This document shows, one piece after another, positions 45,801 to 53,900 of a DNA stretch of 64,000 bases. The DNA is taken from NCBI GenBank assembly GCA_026936335.1, contig JAPMXV010000007.1, forward strand, positions 186,001 through 250,000, written 5' to 3'. The position numbers were made by a program, and so were the translations under genes. The first letter of the stretch is position 1; each line of letters opens with the position of its first letter. The notes under the pieces were generated by a model, which made no database searches, was not told the origin of the DNA, and was given only the letters and a program-made list of their open reading frames with translations. The stretch is from Mantamonas sphyraenae STR306 (lineage: Eukaryota > Protista > CRuMs).

Positions 45801-47374
45801 ACGCGCTGGAGCCGGTCGCGGCAGTCGCCCATGCCTCCACGCTGCGCACTCAGGTGCACGTTTTGGTACCCTTGTACCTCCTCCACCATCTCTTGGTGCT
45901 GCACACGCAGTGCATTCAACTGCTCCCCGAGTTCCTGTTCGTTGCCATTGTCAAACGCTGCCCTCGCCGCCCACACAGCGCTCATGCATGCGTCCAGCCT
46001 GCGTTCCAGGTCGCCCACCGTCGCCTCGTGTGTGTTGTACATCACTTGCATGTGATCCAACACTGCTTGCTCCTCGCTCTGGCTCTGTCGCACCACGTGG
46101 ACCATTGCCCTCTCCATCTGCTGCATCATGTTTGACATCTGCGCCACATTCGATTGCATCCCGTGTCCCTCCCCCTTTTCCCCTTCCTCCCACGCCTCTG
46201 TTTGTGTGTTGGCCTCCGCCACAAAGCTCGGGCGGCTGCTCTTTTCCTCTTGTGTTTCCTTCTCCTCGTTCTCCTTTGCTGCTCGCTCTTCCTGCAACTG
46301 GCTCACCATGGCTGACAGCTGCGAGTATTCCAACATCACTCGTTCCAGCTCCACTCGCGACACGTTGAGTGTGTCCTCCTCTTCGTCCTCGTCCTCTTCG
46401 TCCTCGTCCTCTTCCTCCGCTTCTACTTCCTCCTCACCCATCTCCTGTGTCTCTGGACGCCCTCCATGGCGTCGTTGCGCCGTCTGCTGCTTCCCCTGTC
46501 GCTTGTTGGAGGGCGGCGGAGGCGTGCGCCATTGGGCGTACCGAGCACGCAGTTCGCGTTCAAACTCGTCGCGTTCAAACTTTGCTCGCGACGCCTCTTC
46601 GCTCATCAGCTGCGCAAAGTCGCGCGTGATCATCATCTGTTCAATCATGCTCTTCATCATCGCCTGCTGTGCAGGACTACCTGTGTCCAGCACCGAGCTG
46701 TGTGTCTGCTGAGGGCTCGCCGTCGTCGTGCTGCTTGCCTGCTGCCCGCCTTTGCCAACGGATGTCCCGCCACTCACTTCCTCCGCCTCCACATGCAGGC
46801 CCTCGCGAAACCGCCACTGTCCCAGAATCGATTCGCTGCTCGCCAAGTGTTCCCTGCCCGACGGTTCTCGCGGTGGCATGGATCCCGTCACCGTCGCCTC
46901 GTTGTTGTCGTCCACATCGTCTTCGCTTTCCCGAGTTGGCCGCTCGTCAAAGTGCACACTCTTTCGGCTGTTGTTCTGTGCCGTGTGGCTCTGCTGCTGG
47001 CGCTCCGAAACCTGCGACAGGAGCGAAGCCAGGTCATCCATCGAGTCGTGCGACCGGTCGAGTTCGTGCTGTGTGCTAAGGTCCATCGCACGCGTCAGAT
47101 TCAGTCGAGCCCCAACCCCGCTTCGACGTTCCGGCACACGCAGAGGGCTTGCCGTGCCTCCGGGTGAGTTGAGGAAGAACGACAGGTCCTGAGCACTCTT
47201 GTTCAACTGTGTCAGCACGCCGTGGTGCGCTCGTGCACTCGTCATCCGGCCTTCCCAGCGTGTTTCTTCTTTGCATCCGCAGGCGCCAGCGTCACCAACC
47301 AAGTCCGCCCGCTTGCTCCATTCAGACATGCAGTCTGCGTCACACTGGATCCAAACGGCGCGAGGTACCGCCAT
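42896..47374 (-). CDS. Large coiled-coil protein of unknown family (about 1,450-1,490 aa)
   Basis: Long uninterrupted ORF with E/Q/R/A-rich heptads and a disordered N-terminus. The start is 47374 or, more likely, 47245 (MTSARAHH). Confidence 0.75.
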   Translation of the reverse strand: MAVPRAVWIQCDADCMSEWSKRADLVGDAGACGCKEETRWEGRMTSARAHHGVLTQLNKSAQDLSFFLNSPGGTASPLRVPERRSGVGARLNLTRAMDLSTQHELDRSHDSMDDLASLLSQVSERQQQSHTAQNNSRKSVHFDERPTRESEDDVDDNNEATVTGSMPPREPSGREHLASSESILGQWRFREGLHVEAEEVSGGTSVGKGGQQASSTTTASPQQTHSSVLDTGSPAQQAMMKSMIEQMMITRDFAQLMSEEASRAKFERDEFERELRARYAQWRTPPPPSNKRQGKQQTAQRRHGGRPETQEMGEEEVEAEEEDEDEEDEDEEEDTLNVSRVELERVMLEYSQLSAMVSQLQEERAAKENEEKETQEEKSSRPSFVAEANTQTEAWEEGEKGEGHGMQSNVAQMSNMMQQMERAMVHVVRQSQSEEQAVLDHMQVMYNTHEATVGDLERRLDACMSAVWAARAAFDNGNEQELGEQLNALRVQHQEMVEEVQGYQNVHLSAQRGGMGDCRDRLQRVWRTGLDESTQEAVAQAKHGARRMQELEHEVRLLQARNRDLEGRAEELVGERRRMEERAAQADKLLRIKMDEVLEARSQTERAKREADDKVNAMLKQLGEKTAELESLAEEYTRMQSNVEGSVQGIMQENRVLHQQLAQARQVAAQRQEGEAQWKAAVSQMQEEQEALMRYKTQADTQASRQNARIESLEARLALAESQAATAEDAHVRKVDALEQQLALARTAVQAAEAQVLAQEKVAKSMREEMEELRKRKELEAVADSASAKASPSPSPSAAAAAAQETRSTKDYGVPASVLEELSKVSALEALAVRSGEEIRAKKEAIRKLEAQVEEAQAESQRAQRRQKKLEREKESMRGAVERLDRWMSHVLRRSIVQVEAWQEDVALGWPFVTAESTRGSFHAGNGSTSTSTSSLVFEPSSSPYVQRRGWRDGGSEEDDEGNAEETVVWSVEKAVGDVLDSGKRLEERLRAVYERSAQSTAGLVGMLRQSHRELEDKKEAGLVEQLQGEVDASVERMGVLEAQMHELRMALEEAQEEVRVQEREVQRLHKEADAAMLGHRQASSMLRGLCRHMQRAAGESDVEDTEGGRGSEDEGEDGEGVLDGIRRVKRAWEEVQVSMRRMEKRRETEQDEREVLLERQWQVRQERAVEEAVRVCKERMQVSIDEAERRASDAVDAHRNAAAVVRQLEMETTSLQEAVADKTRRMQSLEKRGKEAQDAVYAELKAEMQRLGKEYQEEVARYRQKQEVELQAMQQECADIIRGRQREFEEELRTLGADEARKRDAQAKADREAAEEAREEVKRGQEQIEALKKSLREVHEDCRMMQRKLVEAGERMRAMESESERVLAEQQRLWRQQQRVEVARVVEEKEREMEERERQVEVQFRVELEKQKSKYVALKEEVEYQSKMMSQMNSSTLEASSMASTRRTTRTTASSSLHRSRLRGGGASSSASHNGSMLHDRSFQFQAMEGL

Positions 47375-50300
47375 GCCCTATCTCCAATGGGCCATCCAGA
47401 CCCTGCACGATTCCCTGGGCGCCTTTGCCTTTGGGTTTGTCTGCGGCGCAGGTGAGTGAATCCCGACGCTCCAAATTCAGCGCGCGTGCTTTGCCCTGCG
47501 TCCACCCTGTGTCCACCCCTTGCCGTCTCCCCGCCCGAGTGTCTGACACGCCCCGGGCGCTCCTCTCTTCATTCCCGTCCCGCCGCTCTGCACAGTGTTC
47601 ATCGTCGCCACGGTGGCCATGTGGTTCCACTCGCAGCTGCTCTCGTACGACGAGGAACACCGCACGCGGCAGAGACGCATCCAGGCTCGCCGCATGCGTG
47701 CAGCAGAAGCCGATGACATTGACGAGGGTCTGAAGAAGAAGTCCACCGAAAAGGGGTACCACGAAATTGAAACCGTGCAGGTGGATGCCGGCCGCAGCAG
47801 CATGAGCCGAAGCGAATCGGGCCCCATCCAGCACCACGAGTTTGAAGTGGCCACCCTTGGACCAAACACATACTGCCAACACTGTACCTACATGATTTAT
47901 GGCGTCCGCAAGCAGGGCCTCATCTGCAACAGTGCGTTTTCGTCCCCTGTTCTCCCTTGTCCATTTCCATTTCCTTGTCCACCGAAAATAGCTTCCACAG
48001 GCCATTTCTCCCCCACAGCCCATTCCCACCCGTGGCTCCCCCCGCCCACCTTTCCAAACCACCCGTTCCGATGGATTGCCTGCTTTTTGCCACGCATGGT
48101 GGAGCATGAACCGTGAACGGGCTGCGGACACGTCCGCGCCAAAGCAAAGTTGGCAACGGTTGGCACTCACACTGCGCCGGGACCGCCCCTGTGCCTGCAC
48201 ACGCACGGAAACTCACCTCAAAGCTTGTAAAATTGTCATTCACAAGCGCTGTTTGGACAAAATCACTGCGCCGTGCGTGGCGCTGACAGGCGAGGACGAC
48301 GACGAGCAATGGTGGCGTCCGCATCCCTTGCTATTTGAACCGAGCCCGCGAAAGCGCGGCTACCTCAACATGAAGGCCACGCTGGGCAACTTCAAAGCAC
48401 GCATTCTCATTCTGCACGAGGGCAAACTGCATTTTTTCAAAACCGAGAATGATATGGTGCCGTGGGGCTCGATCGAACTCACGCCAAACTGCCAATGCCT
48501 GCAAAACACGAGTGCGGGCAAGGACCACTGCTTCGACATGGTCTCTCGTGGCGAAGAGGGCAATCAGACCTGGGTGATGCAGGCCAGCTCACGCCGCGTT
48601 ATGCTCGAGTGGATCGATGCCATCGAGGGGGAGATGATCAAAGATCTCGAGTGTGTGCGCACGGGTGTCTATGCCTGTGCACGTGACTCGGGCATCACAC
48701 ACAACTTTGTGCTGTCCGACTTTGCCAAGGAGTTCCACTGTCAGTATTGCAACGAGCTGCTCCTGCGTCTGGGCACACGCGGTCTCATTTGCCAGGACTG
48801 CAACTACATTTGCCACGAAAAGTGCCTCCAGAGCATTCTCAAGCCATGCGGTAAAAAGATGAGCGAGGGCCAGCTGGCCAATGCCATCTCGGTGCCTTTG
48901 GAGCCCTCCAGCATCGGTCGCACGCCTTCGCAATCGGGGCAGGCGAGAAAGGACGATGCAGAGGATTCGTTTGAAGCAGGCACCGGAAGCAATGGTGCAT
49001 CCTCATCCACATCCGCACCTTCCTCCTTCGTCGGTGCCTCCAGTAAGGAGGAGATGGAGACGTGCGAGTGGTTCAACCAGGTTCTGAGTGCGTGGTTTAC
49101 GGATGAAAAGCGAGCGTACTTTGCTTCCAAGGTGCAACGAAAGATGGAGGACAAGTTTAAGGAGAAGGACAGGCCCTCCTTTCTGTCGGACATCATTGTG
49201 GAGCGTTTCGACCTGGGCGAAGCGTTGCCGCGTGTGACCGGCGTGTCGGTGCTGCCCACAGATCCGTCGCTGGAGGGCGAGTTGCAAGCCAACATCCACT
49301 TTGAGTACCGCGACGAAGATGTGGGTGCCATGGTGCACATCCGCACTTCTGTGTGGATCAACTGGCCGTCGCAGCACTACGCCAGCATCCCAGCTCATAT
49401 TTACGTGTCGGTGAAGCAGTTTACCGGTGTGCTGCGCTTTCGTCACTCGCCCACCACTGACCAGACGTGGTTCTCCATGCAGAGCCCGCCCAAGACAGAG
49501 TTTGTGATTGACAGCGAAATCGGCAACGGCTACCGCTTCCAGAACACCAAAACCATCATCAGCTACGTGCGCGACAAGTTCAACGAAACGTTGAACAACA
49601 TGATCATGTGGCCCAACCGCATAGCCGTGGTCACACGTGCCAACGGCCAACGCAAACTCAAGTTTGTGCGCAAGACAAACTACGTTCGCAAGCGCGACAA
49701 GGAGAAAGCAGCTGCTGCTGCCTCCCAGGCCAACGACGAGCAGATGGGCAAGGAGTACCTTCAGTATATGGCTCACGAGAACCACAAAGAGGCCCAACCC
49801 GTCGTGTTTACAGGAAAGTTGGCACCCACCTCCAGTGTGGGTGGCGGCGTCGATGTCGCGTCCACCAGCGCCGGAGGCGACGGCGCAGACGCCGCCGATG
49901 GCACACAACACACACCCAACGGCAACAATCACAGCGAAAATCGCAGCTCTGCAAGCGCCAGCCCCACGGCAACCAGGCATCGACGCAAACCCACCATCTC
50001 TGGCAGCGAAAACGGCCTTGGGGGCATGCTTGCGGCGGGCATCAATCCTGCTTTTACCACCAAGACAGGAGGCGGATCCAACACAGAGGACGCCTCTGCA
50101 GGCAAGAATGCCGTTCCCAGGCGTCCGCCTCCTGCGTTGCCCGCGCGCAACGAACACACTCACGTGCGTAGGGGGCACAGGCGTGTGGCCTCGTCCAGTG
50201 TCGCCATGTCCGAATCTACGTCACCTCGTGTAGATGGCACAGGTGCAGGTGCGGGTGCGTCGAGCGGCGGCAGCCAGCACAAATCGTTGCGAAGAGTAGG

Positions 50301-50760
50301 CGGGTCCGATTCGGATTTGCCTACGCTCCAGCGCAGCAGAGAGGGCCGTCTTGCTGCTGAAAGCAACGTCAACGGGGTTGTTGAAAGTGGCAAGGACAAG
50401 GAGAAGAAGGACGAGGAGCAGGCAAAGGGCAAGGGCAAGGAGAAGCAGGCCGTTCCCCCCTTGCCTGCTCCCGTGCAGAAACGCGAAGCGGCCGCTTCGT
50501 CATCGTCTGCATCGGCGTCGGAACAGGAAAAGACGACGACGGAGCGACGAAGTGTGTTTCCGCCACGCAGTGTGTTTGTCCAGGGCATGGGCGGCACAAA
50601 GGAATCGCCGTTTGCAAAGCTCAAGCGCAAAATGCACATTGGCAGCGACAGCGATAGTGACAGCGACAGCGACAAGGACGATGAGAAGGACAAGGACAAG
50701 GACAAGAAGAAGGAACACATTGGTGAGCTGAAGAAGGAGGGAAAAGAGCAGGGAAAATAG
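47373..50760 (+). CDS. ER contact-site lipid-transfer protein, TM-C1-PH-C1-SMP (PDZD8/TEX2/Mmm1-related); introns 47452-47595 and 47932-48223
   Basis: N-terminal TM; C1 domain HEF...YCQHC...QGLICNT|CKIVIHKRC...APC, joined across intron 2; PH domain (KRGYLNMK...MLEWIDAI); second C1 (HNF...CQYC...GLICQDCNYICHEKC...PC); SMP domain (ETCEWFNQV...RPSFLSDIIVERFDLGEALPRV...MIMWPN). Confidence 0.85.
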
Positions 50761-50989
50761 AGCAGCGCGACAAGGAAACTACAGTGAATTCGGGTCAAGT
50801 TGAGCCTCGCGCCGCAAACCCCGTTGCCAATGAAAATCCCCTTTCTGAAGTTTGTTCATTCCACCTTTGGCATGGCGCCTGCATTTGTGTGTCATGGGGC
50901 TGTGCTCGTTGTATTTGGCCCGTATGGCCTGCAGATGGAGGACCGAACGCCAAACAAGCTGCGCCACAGGGGGCAAGAAAACGCGCACA

Positions 50990-53900
50990 ATGAGCGAACA
51001 CCACGCAAAGCATTCAAAGCATAATGACAAACGGAAACGTAGCCACAGCAACATCGCCCTTGACAACGACGGTGAGGACGGCCTTTCGGTTTCCGAGCGG
51101 TCCGGAATGAAGCGTTCGCGCCGCCACGTCTGTGCTTCTGTTCATTGTGACAATGGCGTGGGACTGCAAGAACGATTCTGTGATGTGTGTGTGCTTGGTG
51201 GTAGCGCCCGGGAGACTGTGGTGGACGTGCAAGGGCCACGCCGAAGTTTGAAGGTGGAGGGAGGTGTAGGAAGCGTCAGGATGTTTGCAGCCGCTCAGGC
51301 GGCTATGGACACGGAATTGGTTTACGGCGACTATGAGGAGTACCGCGAGGATGAGGAGTACAGCGATGATGAGGAGGATAGTGAGGATGAGGAGTACAGC
51401 CCGGTCGCAAGACGTCCAAGGAAAGCGCAGGAGGGCAAAAAACGGAAACCGACTCAATCGGACCAAGTGGTGTCGGTCCAATTGGCCCACGGGCGACAAG
51501 GAGGCAATGGCAAGGCGAGGCGACAGCAAGATATCTTGGCAACCTACGGTATCGAATTTGAGCAAGGCATGACTCAGCTGGAAGGCGACGTGAAAGTGCT
51601 GGTTGACGTTAGCTCCGTGGTCCACACGGTCGTGGAGGAGGCGGCCCGCGTGTCAGACGTACCCGAAGACAAGGTGCGTGAACTGGTTACACGATGTGTC
51701 GAGGCTGAGAAAGCGGCCACAGAACTGCGGGTGGACCTTCGGAATGCGAATGTCAGGTACGTGCTCGTCTGCGATCTGAAGCCCGAGTTTCTCGATGAGC
51801 AGGCCCAGTCAGTGAGCTTCGGCACGCACCTGCGGCGCATGGAGAACACGCTGGCGCATGTGGCGACCATGAGCAAGACGTTGCGCAAGTTGAAACGGGA
51901 GAAGGCCGACTTGAAGACACTAGCACAGGGGCATACGTTGAGTTTGACTGGACAGGCGCAGGTTGCTGTCTATCATGCTGTAAAACACCTGTGTTCCCAG
52001 CACGATGTGTACGAGTGTGGCAACGACAAGGTGAATGAGAACCCCGGTGCATGTCTGGCTGACGACGTCAAGAATGAGCTGGTGCGTTTGTACAACCAAC
52101 TTCAACACGTCACCTTTGTGATCACCCTGCATGATAGTGATTGGGCATACAACGTCGCCGAGCACCCAGTTGTTCTCCTGCACCCTCGCCTTGGCTTCGC
52201 CATCGTCGAGCCGCACGTCGGCCGGTTGGTTTCACTCGTGGCGGCGTTGCTGCTGTCGAGCGACATTGAGGCAGCCGTGCGAGCTCCGCGCAGGAACATG
52301 CTGCGGCTGGATGCCGGGAGCCTGAATGAGTTGCTGGCGGGCGGCGGGAGCTTGCTGACGTACATCTACCAACCGATCCTGAGGGACGACAAATCCGTGG
52401 CACATCTACTGCAAGGCACACGGGGCACACAACCTGCTTCCAAGCACCTGGACCTGGTGCAGGAGCACGCCCAGAAGTATCTTGCTGCCGTGAAGTTCCA
52501 CCTGTGTCAAATGGGCTTCGACGACCGCACGATCAACACCCTCACGTCATTGCACGCATGGGACGCCGTGTTCGATACGGGTGGAACGAAAGCTGAGCTG
52601 GATTGGAGTGGCCTGCCTGGTCCTCATGTGCTGGGTCAAGTCAATCTGGGTGGTGGCGGACACATTGGCTCCCTGTTTGCGGCGTACGCCAATGATTATG
52701 CCGTGACAGACCATGACACATTGCGAAAGGCACGTCTGCTCCCACCAGGAGAGGTGGTGGAGCAGGCGCGCCAGCTGGAAGGCGAACAGACCCTGCGTGG
52801 CGCGCTGGACGGCCTGAAGGAACAGATTCGGACGCGTTGGGAGGCGATGAAGCGACACGATGCATCACATGTGCCGTTGGAGAACATCGGATCCCGACAC
52901 GCGTCCCCGGTGACGGTTGACGCGGCGGCAGAGGGTGTCGAGGGCCTTGTGGCAGCGGCGCGGGGCACAGACGAGATCGAGTACACCAACCCTGCTTCCA
53001 TGTACAACAACATGATCTCGGTCAAGAAGTGGGAAGCCCTGTGCAAGAAGCATGCCGACAATGGGAAGCGCGAGCGGCTCAGCAAGATGCGTGGCGTGCT
53101 GGAGGCAACCGTGCGCGACAAGCTCAACACGAAGATGACCAAGGCGATGAAGAAGGCGGGTGTTGATGCCTCCATGGACGTGTTCGTGGGCGACAATCAA
53201 CAGCTGGCCGCCATCCTTGGTCCAACGCCACCCAGCTCTGACGAGGCGGTCTTTTGGGACACAATGGCCAGCAATGCCATCGACTACGTGTACCAAAAGC
53301 AAGACGACGATGACGATGGCCACGGTGCCTCGCGACTGGACGCAGTGATCAACACAATTCTGCCGGACCCCTCGGACGACGAGTGGGAAGTATTCATGGG
53401 CTTCTCGACACCGAAGCTGGACTCGGACCATACTGAGCGTCTGGCATCGTCTTCGTGTGTGGTGGAGCTCGGCAGCCTCGAGAAACTGCGAAATGCTGCG
53501 CTCATCAACGCACGATCCGTGGAAGAGTTGGATGCGATGGCGCACGCCTTTGGGCTAATCGTTGCCATCCAGTGTGATTTGCTCGAGTGTGGTCTGCTGG
53601 AACCAAGCAAAGACCTCGAGAACGTGCTGTCGGCTTGCCTGCAGCTCAAGGTAGGCCGAATCTACCTGAAGCCGCCGTCTGAGGTGGAGATCACATGCGA
53701 GGCAACCCCGAAGCTCCCCAAGTTCCCCAAGTACATCTCTGTGACAGCTGACCTCGTGTTGAGCAGACAACCGAGCGGTGGAGTCGTTGCGGAGTATCTG
53801 GATGAGCTGGCACCCGAGAAAGCGAGGTGCGGCATCGACCTGCGTTGTCTCCCCAGTGGAGCCTTCACAGCCCTTTGCCAGCGGGGAGCTGCACTCGTGC

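Noticed and set aside
50852-50989. ORF-track start of the Fanzor at 50852
   Set aside because: It uses a non-ATG start and the encoded sequence looks non-coding; ATG 50990 has the host-like caATG context.
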